Below the pieces are notes generated by a model. The model was not told the DNA's origin and made no database searches. It saw only the letters and a program-made list of their open reading frames with translations. From an uncultured Gammaproteobacteria bacterium (GTDB lineage: Bacteria > Patescibacteriota > Patescibacteriia > Magasanikbacterales > UBA922): a DNA stretch of 38,223 nt. Below are positions 26,229-34,043 of the stretch, in pieces (the first letter of the stretch is position 1; each line of letters opens with the position of its first letter). Where the stretch lies: positions 1 through 38,223 of the forward strand of contig CAYMID010000005.1 in NCBI GenBank assembly GCA_964390625.1. Direction: 5' to 3'. Position numbers and translations under genes: made by a program.

Positions 26229-28172
26229 ATGCTTTCAGCTAATGAAATTCGTACACGGTATTTGAATTTTTTTAAAGTCCAGGGGCATGTAATTGTGCCT
26301 TCGTCTTCGTTGTTGCCAGACAATGACCCAACCACGTTGTTTACAGGTTCAGGTATGCAGCCAATGATTGCGTATTTATTGGGTCAGCCACATCCACTAG
26401 GAAACCGTTTGACTGATTCACAAAAATGCTTTCGTTCGCAGGATATCGAAGAAGTTGGTGACAATCGCCACACCACTTTTTTCGAAATGCTTGGCAATTG
26501 GTCGCTTGGTGATTATTTTAAGCAAGAGCAAATTTCTTGGATGTGGAGATTCTTGACTGATACCGAGGTTGGCCTAGGTCTTGACCCACAGCGTTTATAT
26601 TTTACATGCTTCCGTGGTAACGAAGAGATTGGTATTCCTCGCGACGAAGAGGCTGCTCAGTTGTGGCAAAAATTATTTGCCGAAAAAGGCATCGAAGCCA
26701 AAATTGTTGATTATCCCGAAGATAAAGGTCTGCAGGGCGGTCGTATTTTTTATTATAATGAAAAAAAGAATTGGTGGAGTCGTGCTGGTGTGCCAAGCAA
26801 AATGCCAGTTGGCGAGCCAGGTGGTCCAGACACCGAAATGTTTTGGGATTTTGCACCAGAGTGCGGCGAAGGACATTTGCATGGTGAAGATGACGCTGCT
26901 AAATGGGGCTCTGTGTGCCATGTAAATTGTGATTGTGGTCGTTTCATGGAAATCGGTAACAACGTGTTCATGCAATATCGCAAGGCCGAAACTGGCTTCG
27001 AAGAATTACCCCAAAAAAATGTTGACTTTGGGGCTGGACTCGAACGTTTGGCGGCCGCTGTGCTCAATAATTCTGACATGTTCGCGATTGATTTTTTCAC
27101 TCCGATTTTTAGCCGTCTACAGGAATTGTCAGGCAAAATTTATGATCCAAAAAATGGTGAAGCGCGTATCACGTATGCATTCCGTGTGATTGCCGATCAT
27201 ATCCGCGCGGCCACGTTCTTAATGGCCGATGGTGCGTTACCAAGTAACAAAGATCAGGGTTATTTTACACGTCGTCTGATTCGTCGTGCTGTGAGGTATG
27301 CACATAATTTAGATATTAAGGAAAATTTTTGTGCAGATGTTGCTGTGAGTGTAGCTGAAAAATACAAGGATGCTTATCCAGATTTGTTTGCAAGAATTGA
27401 AACAGTCAAAACAGAAATTGCCAAAGAAGAAACCAAATTCCGTCGTACCATTGTCGATGGTATGAAAAAATTTGGTGATTTTACGAAACATTTGCAGACT
27501 GGCGAAGCAGTTCCAACTGCCAATGTGTTTGATTTGTACCAATCATACGGATTTCCGTTTGAAATCACACAAGAATTAGCAATTGAGCGCGGTTTAATGG
27601 TAGATGAGCCTGCCTTCCGGGCTGAGGTTAAGAAACACCAGGAACAATCACGTGCTGGTTCAGAACAGAAGTTTAAAGGTGGTTTGGTTGATCATAGTGA
27701 TATGAGTGTGCGCTACCACACGGCAACGCACTTGTTGCATTCAGCCGTTTTGGAAATTCTAGGCCCACACGCAGTACAGCGGGGGAGTAATATTACGCCC
27801 GAGCGTTTACGCTTTGACTTTGCGCACGGTGAAAAATTAACTGACGAACAAATTAAAAAAATTGAAGACTTGGTTAACGCAGCAATTGAACGCGATTACC
27901 CAGTGTCCTTCCAAATTATTCCACTGGCCGAAGCTCGTGCCAAAAAAGCGATCGGTTTATTTGGCGATAAATACGAAGAAATGGTCAAGGTGTATACAAT
28001 TGGTGACCCTGAGGGGTTGCCAGTGGCCGATGTCAGTGCGCCAACCTTTAGTCGTGAATTTTGTGGAGGGCCGCACGTAGAACATACCAAGCAGGTGGGT
28101 GGCCGCTTTAAAATTCTAAAAGAAGAAGCCGTTAGCGCTGGCGTTCGACGTATCAAGGCGATCGTTGAATAA
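26229..28172 (+). CDS. alaS: Alanine--tRNA ligase, short form (catalytic + tRNA-recognition + editing domains, no C-Ala domain)
   Basis: 'LFTGSGMQPM', 'RHTTFFEMLGNWS', 'EIGNNVFMQY', editing motifs 'HTATHLLH' and 'CGGPHV', ending in 'GVRRIKAIVE*'. At 647 aa it is shorter than the ~870 aa typical of bacteria. Confidence 0.92.
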   Translation: MLSANEIRTRYLNFFKVQGHVIVPSSSLLPDNDPTTLFTGSGMQPMIAYLLGQPHPLGNRLTDSQKCFRSQDIEEVGDNRHTTFFEMLGNWSLGDYFKQEQISWMWRFLTDTEVGLGLDPQRLYFTCFRGNEEIGIPRDEEAAQLWQKLFAEKGIEAKIVDYPEDKGLQGGRIFYYNEKKNWWSRAGVPSKMPVGEPGGPDTEMFWDFAPECGEGHLHGEDDAAKWGSVCHVNCDCGRFMEIGNNVFMQYRKAETGFEELPQKNVDFGAGLERLAAAVLNNSDMFAIDFFTPIFSRLQELSGKIYDPKNGEARITYAFRVIADHIRAATFLMADGALPSNKDQGYFTRRLIRRAVRYAHNLDIKENFCADVAVSVAEKYKDAYPDLFARIETVKTEIAKEETKFRRTIVDGMKKFGDFTKHLQTGEAVPTANVFDLYQSYGFPFEITQELAIERGLMVDEPAFRAEVKKHQEQSRAGSEQKFKGGLVDHSDMSVRYHTATHLLHSAVLEILGPHAVQRGSNITPERLRFDFAHGEKLTDEQIKKIEDLVNAAIERDYPVSFQIIPLAEARAKKAIGLFGDKYEEMVKVYTIGDPEGLPVADVSAPTFSREFCGGPHVEHTKQVGGRFKILKEEAVSAGVRRIKAIVE

Positions 28173-28173
28173 T

Positions 28174-28590
28174 ATGCATGAACGCCTGTCTCGCTTATTT
28201 GCCCATTTGTGGGCCCACCGGGTCCAGTTTGCCCGTTACACCGTAACTGGGTTCAGTGCAGTTGTCTTAGATATGGGTAGCCTGTATATCCTCAAAGAGT
28301 GGTTTCACTTTCGGCCAGTTTGGGCAATTGTGGTCAATCAAGGATTTTTGGCTAATTATGTGTTCTTACTTAACAAGAAATGGTCGTTTCAGGCCCAGGG
28401 TCGAACTCATCGTCAGGTGATTCGATTTTATATACTCTCAGCATTTAATTATACAGTTTCGGTCACTTGGATGGGCTTTTTTAGCCATATTTTTGGAGAG
28501 CATTGGTATTTGTTGATTCGGCTAGCGAATATTGGCTTGGCTACAGGGTGGAACTTCCTCCTGTACAAATTCTGGGTGTATCGCCATTAA
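28174..28590 (+). CDS. GtrA-family membrane protein
   Basis: 138 aa with 4 TM helices. 'VQFARYTVTGFSAVVLDMGSLYIL' and 'NFLLYKFWVY' are typical of the GtrA-like family. Confidence 0.75.
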   Translation: MHERLSRLFAHLWAHRVQFARYTVTGFSAVVLDMGSLYILKEWFHFRPVWAIVVNQGFLANYVFLLNKKWSFQAQGRTHRQVIRFYILSAFNYTVSVTWMGFFSHIFGEHWYLLIRLANIGLATGWNFLLYKFWVYRH

Positions 28591-28619
28591 CTGTGCATAA
28601 CTTAGCTTAATTTAGAGGC

Positions 28620-28648
28620 TTGACAGCCCTGGGCGCCTGGGGTATAAT
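28620..28648 (+). promoter_or_regulatory. Consensus sigma70 promoter TTGACA-N17-TATAAT (infA / ribosomal protein cluster)
   Basis: The hexamers are at 28620-28625 and 28643-28648, 20 nt before ATG 28669. Confidence 0.75.
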
Positions 28649-28668
28649 AGGCCTCGTAATTTTCTCTC

Positions 28669-28884
28669 ATGCCTAAAGACAGCGTTTTGGAGGTCCGTGG
28701 TAAGATCGATGAGGTTCTACCAGGAGCAAAATTTAGGGTTATCTTGGAAAATGAGTTGGTTGTAATCGCTCATTTAGCCGGAAAATTGCGCGTCCACAAT
28801 ATTCGTTTGAGTATTGGGGATGAGGTTAAAGTAGAGCTTTCGCCCTACGATTTGACCAAAGGTCGCGTGACCTACCGTTTCTAA
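28669..28884 (+). CDS. infA: Translation initiation factor IF-1
   Basis: '[23 protein letters not shown]...[10 protein letters not shown]...[26 protein letters not shown]'. Confidence 0.95.
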   Translation: MPKDSVLEVRGKIDEVLPGAKFRVILENELVVIAHLAGKLRVHNIRLSIGDEVKVELSPYDLTKGRVTYRF

Positions 28885-28895
28885 AACTCAATAAA

Positions 28896-28989
28896 TCAAC
28901 CAGTGCGGTGGAGCTAACGGTCAGCGGACCCCTAAGACGGGCAGGACCAAATGTTGGCAAAGATATCGCGGCAGTGGTTGAATTTTTTT
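28896..28989 (+). other. Large stem-loop with T-run between infA and rpmJ (terminator/attenuator-like)
   Basis: tcaaccagtgc (28896-28906) pairs with gcagtggttga (28971-28981) with 1 mismatch. The stem encloses about 64 GC-rich nt and is followed by attttttt. Confidence 0.45.
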
Positions 28990-29023
28990 GTTTATAGAGG
29001 AATTTAGTAATTTTAATTATCGT

Positions 29024-29161
29024 ATGAAAGTGACAGCCTCAGTTAAAACGCGCTGCATGAAGTGCAAGGTCGTACGCCGCCGTCAGGTGGTTCATATTAT
29101 TTGCGAGAATCCACGCCACAAACAGCGTCAGGGTACTAAACAGCGCATTAAAGCCGCTTAA
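29024..29161 (+). CDS. rpmJ: 50S ribosomal protein L36 with an 8-aa C-terminal extension
   Basis: Hand translation gives [45 protein letters not shown]. The canonical L36 ends at ...KQRQG. It is below the ORF-track length cutoff. Confidence 0.9.
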   Translation: MKVTASVKTRCMKCKVVRRRQVVHIICENPRHKQRQGTKQRIKAA

Positions 29162-29172
29162 TATTATTCAGT

Positions 29173-29559
29173 ATGCGTATTGCCGGTGTAACTATTCCAA
29201 AGGAGAAGCGTCTCGTAATTGCGCTTGAATACATTTACGGTGTTGGTCCAACCACTGCTCACAAAATTGTGGCAGCAGCTAAACTTCCACTCAGTAAGCG
29301 TGTTAGTGAGTTGACTCAAGACGAACAAGACATGGTTCGTAACATTGTTGAAAAGCAGCACACGACCGAGGGTGACCTTCGCCGTCAGGTGCAAGCCAAC
29401 ATTAAACGCCTCAAGGATATCAAGGCTTACCGTGGTATCCGTCACATGCGTCATTTGCCAGCCCGTGGTCAGCGCACTAAGACCAATTCGCGCACTGTCC
29501 GTGGCAACAAGCGTAACCTGGCTCCAAGTGGTAAGAAGCCAGCCGCACAGAAGACCTAG
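29173..29559 (+). CDS. rpsM: 30S ribosomal protein S13
   Basis: 'MRIAGVTIPKEKRLVIALEYIYGVG', 'YRGIRHMRHLPARGQRTKTN'. Confidence 0.97.
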   Translation: MRIAGVTIPKEKRLVIALEYIYGVGPTTAHKIVAAAKLPLSKRVSELTQDEQDMVRNIVEKQHTTEGDLRRQVQANIKRLKDIKAYRGIRHMRHLPARGQRTKTNSRTVRGNKRNLAPSGKKPAAQKT

Positions 29560-29579
29560 TCTTGATTTAACTGCATTAT

Positions 29580-29969
29580 ATGGCTGAAAAGAAAGTTGTA
29601 AAAAAGAAGAAAGTACTCAAGCTCGTTGCTCATGGCCGTGCTTATGTTCAGGCCACCTTCAACAACACTATTGTAACGGTGACTGACCAAAATGGTGATG
29701 TACTCGGTTGGGCAAGTGCTGGTGGTGCTGGTTTTAAGGGTGCCAAGAAAGCTACTCCTTACGCTGCAGGGATGGTAGTAAAAAAGGTTTTGGAATCGAT
29801 CAAGGATGCCGGCCTTAAGGAAGTGACGGTTTTTGTTAAGGGTATTGGCGGTGGTCGCGAAGCTGCTGTTCGTGCTTTTAACACCAATGGTGTGCAGGTA
29901 TTGGGAGTTAAAGATATGACCCCAGTTCCACACAATGGTTGCCGCCCACCAAAGCGTCGCCGCGTCTAA
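29580..29969 (+). CDS. rpsK: 30S ribosomal protein S11
   Basis: 'HGRAYVQATFNNTIVTVTDQNGDVLGWASAG..GFKGAKKATPYAA', 'TPVPHNGCRPPKRRR'. Confidence 0.97.
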   Translation: MAEKKVVKKKKVLKLVAHGRAYVQATFNNTIVTVTDQNGDVLGWASAGGAGFKGAKKATPYAAGMVVKKVLESIKDAGLKEVTVFVKGIGGGREAAVRAFNTNGVQVLGVKDMTPVPHNGCRPPKRRRV

Positions 29970-29992
29970 TTTGGTAACTATTTTGTTCTGAT

Positions 29993-30616
29993 ATGGGAAG
30001 ATATACTGGTCCACGTAATAAAATTGCCCGCCGCTTTGGCGTGAACCTTGGCCTCAAGAGTAATCCGGCCAAAGTTGCTCGTCGTTTGAATCAGCAGCCG
30101 GGTGTTCATGGTCCTGGTAAGCGTGTTAAGGCACCTTCCAGTTTTGGTAAGCAGCTTTTGGAAAAGCAAAAGGCTAAATTTATTTATGGTATCCGCGAAC
30201 GCCAACTTCGTCGCTATGTTGACGAAGCTACCCGTGTTAAGGGTGATTCCGGTGTTCATTTGCAACAGGCTTTGGAAATGCGTCTCGACAACGTCGTGTA
30301 TCGCATGGGTTTTGCCCTCACTCGCGCTCAGGCTCGCCAGATGGTGACCCACGGCATGTTCTTCTTGAATGGTAAGAAACTTGACGTTGCCTCACACTTG
30401 GTAAAGCCAGGTGATGTAGTAACTGTTAAGCCGTCCAAGGCCAAGAGCAAGTTGTTCGAAGGTATGACTGAAAAGTTGGAAAAAGCCACCCTGCCATCGT
30501 GGGTGTCCAATGACCCAGCCGCAATGTCGGGCAAGGTCTTGAGCGCTCCACAAAAGGATGACTTTGAGAAAATTTTCGACGTTACCCTTATTATTGAGTA
30601 TTTCTCTACCCGCTAA
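29993..30616 (+). CDS. rpsD: 30S ribosomal protein S4
   Basis: 'MGRYTGPRNKIARRFG', 'QLLEKQKAKFIYGIRERQLRRY', 'RLDNVVYRMGFA.TRAQARQMVTHG'. Confidence 0.97.
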   Translation: MGRYTGPRNKIARRFGVNLGLKSNPAKVARRLNQQPGVHGPGKRVKAPSSFGKQLLEKQKAKFIYGIRERQLRRYVDEATRVKGDSGVHLQQALEMRLDNVVYRMGFALTRAQARQMVTHGMFFLNGKKLDVASHLVKPGDVVTVKPSKAKSKLFEGMTEKLEKATLPSWVSNDPAAMSGKVLSAPQKDDFEKIFDVTLIIEYFSTR

Positions 30617-30617
30617 T

Positions 30618-31325
30618 ATGGAACACATTCTCATTCCGTCAACGATCGAGTTTCAGACTACTGAAAATCCGTTGGTTGGTAAGCTGGTAGTGACTCCGTG
30701 TCACCAGGGTTATGGTACAACGTTGGGCAATGCACTTCGTCGCGTGCTCTTGTCATCCATTCCGGGTGCGGCAGTCGAAGCCGTAAAAATCGAGGGTGTA
30801 CAACATGAATTCTCGGGTATTGATGGCGTGCAGGAAGACGTAATTGATATTTTGCTGAACTTGAAGCAGTTGGCCGTTGTGTCCCACAGCGACGCGCCAG
30901 TCAAATTGACTTTGACTAAAAAAGGTCTTGGTCCAGTTACTGCCGCTGATTTTGAAAAGAACGCTGATGTGGAAATTATCAATCAGGACGCCGTTTTGGC
31001 AACTGTTACTGACGCTAAGAAGACTTTCTCGATGGAAGTCATCGTAGGTCGTGGCTTGGGCTATATCCCAGCTGCGGAAAAGAACAGTAAGAATCTCGAC
31101 TTGGGCACCATGCTCGTAGACTCCTTCTACTCCCCGGTTAAGGATGTTGGCTACGATGTGGAAAACACCCGTGTTGGCGATATTACTGACTACGAAAAAT
31201 TGACATTGACCATTGAAACCAATGGTACAATCATGCCTCGGGACGCAGTTCGTGAAGCAACTAAGATCCTGATGAACCACTTCAGTATTATTCTTGAAGC
31301 GTCTGAAACCTCTAAAGAGGCGTAA
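30618..31325 (+). CDS. rpoA: DNA-directed RNA polymerase subunit alpha, N-terminal domain only (235 aa; no alpha-CTD)
   Basis: 'GYGTTLGNALRRVLLSSIPGAAV', 'GVQEDVIDILLNLK', 'YSPVKDVGYDVENTRVG..TDYEKLTLTIETNGTI.PRDAVREATKIL'. The ORF stops 12 codons after the last NTD helix, and rplQ starts 13 nt later. Confidence 0.9.
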   Translation: MEHILIPSTIEFQTTENPLVGKLVVTPCHQGYGTTLGNALRRVLLSSIPGAAVEAVKIEGVQHEFSGIDGVQEDVIDILLNLKQLAVVSHSDAPVKLTLTKKGLGPVTAADFEKNADVEIINQDAVLATVTDAKKTFSMEVIVGRGLGYIPAAEKNSKNLDLGTMLVDSFYSPVKDVGYDVENTRVGDITDYEKLTLTIETNGTIMPRDAVREATKILMNHFSIILEASETSKEA

Positions 31326-31337
31326 GTTTGAAATGTT

Positions 31338-31688
31338 ATGAGACATCAGAAAAAATCCGTAAAATTAGGCCGTGAGGCTGGTCCACGCAAGGCGCTTTTG
31401 CGCAGCTTGGCCGAAAGTTTGGTTTTGCACGACGGTATCAGTACCACCAAGGCCAAAGCCAAGGCAGTGCGTTCGGTGGTGGAGCCATTGGTTACCAAGG
31501 CAAAGCGCAATCAAACCAGTGATCGCGAACAAGTAAGCAAGGTGTTGTACACCAGTGCTGCTATGAACCGCTTGTTTACTGAGATTGCTCCTCGCTACAC
31601 CACTCGTGCCGGTGGGTATACCCGCATTATTAAGATCGGCCGCCGTCGCAACGACAGTGCGGAAATGGTCAGAATTGAGTTTGTTTAA
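31338..31688 (+). CDS. rplQ: 50S ribosomal protein L17
   Basis: 'MRHQKKSVKLGR...RKALLRSLAESLVLH..I.TT..KAKA.R..VE.L.TKAK', 'GGYTRI'. Confidence 0.95.
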   Translation: MRHQKKSVKLGREAGPRKALLRSLAESLVLHDGISTTKAKAKAVRSVVEPLVTKAKRNQTSDREQVSKVLYTSAAMNRLFTEIAPRYTTRAGGYTRIIKIGRRRNDSAEMVRIEFV

Positions 31689-31692
31689 TCCT

Positions 31693-32058
31693 ATGGCATT
31701 AACTAATCCCGCTCCACGCGTAGTGGAAATCGACGCGGCTGGTCAGGCCGTAGGTCGCGTAGCTACTCAGGTAGCGATGGCCCTAATGGGCAAGGACAAG
31801 CCAGGCATGGTGCCTCACCTTGATCCAAACGTGTCAGTAGTTGTAAAAAACGCTGGCAAGGTAATCTTTACGGGTAAAAAATTAGCCCAGAAAGATTTTA
31901 AACACCACACCATGCACCCTGGTGGTTTGAAGATTGTGGCCATGGCTAAAATCTTCAAGATGGATCCAGCCAAGGTTATGCGTCACGCGATTAATGGCAT
32001 GTTGCCAAAAAACCGTCGTCGTACTGACCTGATGAATCGCTTGACTATCGAAGCCTAA
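31693..32058 (+). CDS. rplM: 50S ribosomal protein L13 (short N-terminus)
   Basis: 'VVEIDAAGQAVGRVATQVAMALMGKDKP', 'HHTMHPGGLK', 'AINGMLPKNRRR'. ATG 31693 was chosen; the ORF-track extension overlaps rplQ. Confidence 0.93.
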   Translation: MALTNPAPRVVEIDAAGQAVGRVATQVAMALMGKDKPGMVPHLDPNVSVVVKNAGKVIFTGKKLAQKDFKHHTMHPGGLKIVAMAKIFKMDPAKVMRHAINGMLPKNRRRTDLMNRLTIEA

Positions 32059-32069
32059 TCTGAATATTT

Positions 32070-32480
32070 ATGGCTACTAAAGCAAAAACTACAGGTGGCG
32101 CTGAACGCGCTGTTGGTCGCCGCAAAACCGCGGCTGCCCGCATCCAAATGGCTCCAGGTAATGGTACTATTACCGTTAATGGCAAGACGCTCGAAGCGTA
32201 CTTCCCAGTGGCACTTTGGCGTGAAAAAGTGGTTGCCCCACTTAAGCTCGCTGGCCGCGAAGGTCAACTCGACATTAGTATCAAAGTTAGCGGTGGTGGC
32301 GTACACGCCCAGGCTGTGGCTGCTCGTCATGGCATTGCCCGCGCTTTGACCAAGTGGAACGAAGACCTCCGTCCAGTACTCCGCGCCGAAGGTTACTTGA
32401 CTCGCGATTCTCGCGCCAAGGAACGTAAGAAGCCAGGTAAGCGCAAAGCTCGCCGTGGTCACCAATGGAGAAAGCGTTAA
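32070..32480 (+). CDS. rpsI: 30S ribosomal protein S9
   Basis: 'AVGRRKTAAARI...G.G.ITVNGK', 'VSGGGVHAQAVAARHGIARAL', 'GYLTRDSRAKERKKPG..KARR'. Confidence 0.95.
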   Translation: MATKAKTTGGAERAVGRRKTAAARIQMAPGNGTITVNGKTLEAYFPVALWREKVVAPLKLAGREGQLDISIKVSGGGVHAQAVAARHGIARALTKWNEDLRPVLRAEGYLTRDSRAKERKKPGKRKARRGHQWRKR

Positions 32481-32498
32481 TTCGCAATTTTCAAAATC

Positions 32499-32537
32499 AA
32501 AAATCCCTCGCCAACTTGGTGGGGGATTTTTTGTTTT
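32499..32537 (+). terminator. Rho-independent terminator of the ribosomal protein cluster
   Basis: aaaaatccctcgcc-aactt-ggtgggggatttttt-gtttt. It is very similar in sequence to the terminator at 23690. Confidence 0.75.
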
Positions 32538-32571
32538 CAGTGATTGAAATGTGTACAGAGGTGCAGATTGG

Positions 32572-32580
32572 TGGTATGAT
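32572..32580 (+). promoter_or_regulatory. Extended -10 element TGgTATGAT
   Basis: It ends 14 nt before ATG 32595. The -35 box is weak. Confidence 0.35.
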
Positions 32581-32594
32581 TAAGGCATATTTCT

Positions 32595-34043
32595 ATGGCT
32601 TCGTTATTCAAAAATACGAGCTTTATGCTCGCGGCTTCGATTGGCCAAAAAGTAATTTCGTTGGTGTACTTTGCGTTGGTAGCTCGCTTATTAGGACCAG
32701 AACAAACCGGAGTATATACGTCTGTGTTGGCAACCACCACAATTGCAGTGGTATTTGTGGATTTAGGGCTGACTAATGTGTTTATCCGCGACACTGCGCG
32801 TGACCCAGCGCGGTTGCCGGTAGCGCTCGGTAACATGTTAACCGTTAAACTAGCGACTGGTGTACTGTCATACTTGAGTTTATTGCTCGCTGTATATTGG
32901 TTTGGTTTTGGACAGGAGTTTTTGATACTAACCGCAGTGTCTGGACTCACCATGTTGTTTGACTCGGTACATTTAACTTTGTACGGTGCGCTACGCGTGC
33001 GGGGCGAATTAAAATACGAGGCTGTGGGAATGGTAATGAGCCAATTGATAACACTGGTGATCGGCGGCGTCGCTTTGTGGTTTTGGAGCGGACCCGTGAT
33101 TATGCTTTTGATTGGTTTTTTGGTTGCCTCAATAATCAATGTTCTATACGCCTGGTATCAGTTGCATCGGGCTGATGTATCGGTCAGATGGCGGTGGCCG
33201 GGAGCCCATTTTAAAGGACTGATGATTACCGTAATTCCTTTTGCTTTAGCAGCAATTTTTAATCGTATTTACTCGTATTTGGACGTGCTCATGCTCAATC
33301 GGTTAGCGGGTAATGCGGCAACCGCATTATACAGCACACCATCTAAAATTACCTTTGCATTTCAATTCATTCCGTTTGCACTTGTGGCAGCTTTGTATCC
33401 ACGTTTAAGTGAATTTTATCAAACAAACAAAGCTAAATGTGCGCAAGCTTTTACCGACAGTTTTGTATACTTGGTTTTAATTGCTTTGCCAGTAACACTG
33501 AGTTTGTTTTGGTTGGCTGAACCGTTAACTCTATTTTTATTTGGTGAAAGATACCGTGGGGCAATTGTGCCATTACAAATTTTAGGTTTAAGTTTGGTGT
33601 GGGCGTTTGCATCGTTCCCAGTAGGTGCGTTACTCAATGCGAGTAACCGACAAGCTCGCCAAACTGTTTTGACTGGGATTGTCTTAGTTATTAATGCTGG
33701 TTTGAATTGGTATTTTATCCCGCATTTTGGAGCCATTGCCGCAGCTTGGGCCACGTTGGCTGGTAATGTGTTGCTGACTGTTGGTGGTTATATTGTATTG
33801 CCGCGTGATGCTGAAATTAAACACGCATCAGTGGCTTTGAGTATGACAAAGATTGTGTGTGCTGGTGCTGTTATGTCAGTGGCACTGAGCGCACTGCGAA
33901 TGTACTTACCATTTGTGGCAGCCGGAGCGATTGGGGCTGCAATCTATGTAGTAACAGTTGTTTGTTTGCGGGTAATTGCCCCTGAACATTGGCAACAATT
34001 ATTTAGTAAAGTACGTCGTCAATCAACTCCACCTGTAATATGA
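32595..34043 (+). CDS. MOP/Wzx-family oligosaccharide flippase (polysaccharide biosynthesis protein)
   Basis: 482 aa with about 14 TM helices. The N-terminus 'FKNTSFMLAASIGQKVISLVYFALVARLLGPEQTGVY' is typical of Wzx-like flippases. Confidence 0.8.
   Translation: MASLFKNTSFMLAASIGQKVISLVYFALVARLLGPEQTGVYTSVLATTTIAVVFVDLGLTNVFIRDTARDPARLPVALGNMLTVKLATGVLSYLSLLLAVYWFGFGQEFLILTAVSGLTMLFDSVHLTLYGALRVRGELKYEAVGMVMSQLITLVIGGVALWFWSGPVIMLLIGFLVASIINVLYAWYQLHRADVSVRWRWPGAHFKGLMITVIPFALAAIFNRIYSYLDVLMLNRLAGNAATALYSTPSKITFAFQFIPFALVAALYPRLSEFYQTNKAKCAQAFTDSFVYLVLIALPVTLSLFWLAEPLTLFLFGERYRGAIVPLQILGLSLVWAFASFPVGALLNASNRQARQTVLTGIVLVINAGLNWYFIPHFGAIAAAWATLAGNVLLTVGGYIVLPRDAEIKHASVALSMTKIVCAGAVMSVALSALRMYLPFVAAGAIGAAIYVVTVVCLRVIAPEHWQQLFSKVRRQSTPPVI

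Noticed and set aside
30753-31346. A long antisense ORF (197 aa) opposite rpoA. Similar antisense ORFs lie at 11056..11613, 12672..13199, 29556..30014, 32055..32465, 32537..33139, 4593..5024 and 13685..14053.
   Set aside because: All are mirror-frame ORFs inside strongly conserved or clearly coding plus-strand genes. They have low-complexity or odd composition and no promoter, RBS or terminator context. They were treated as shadow ORFs.
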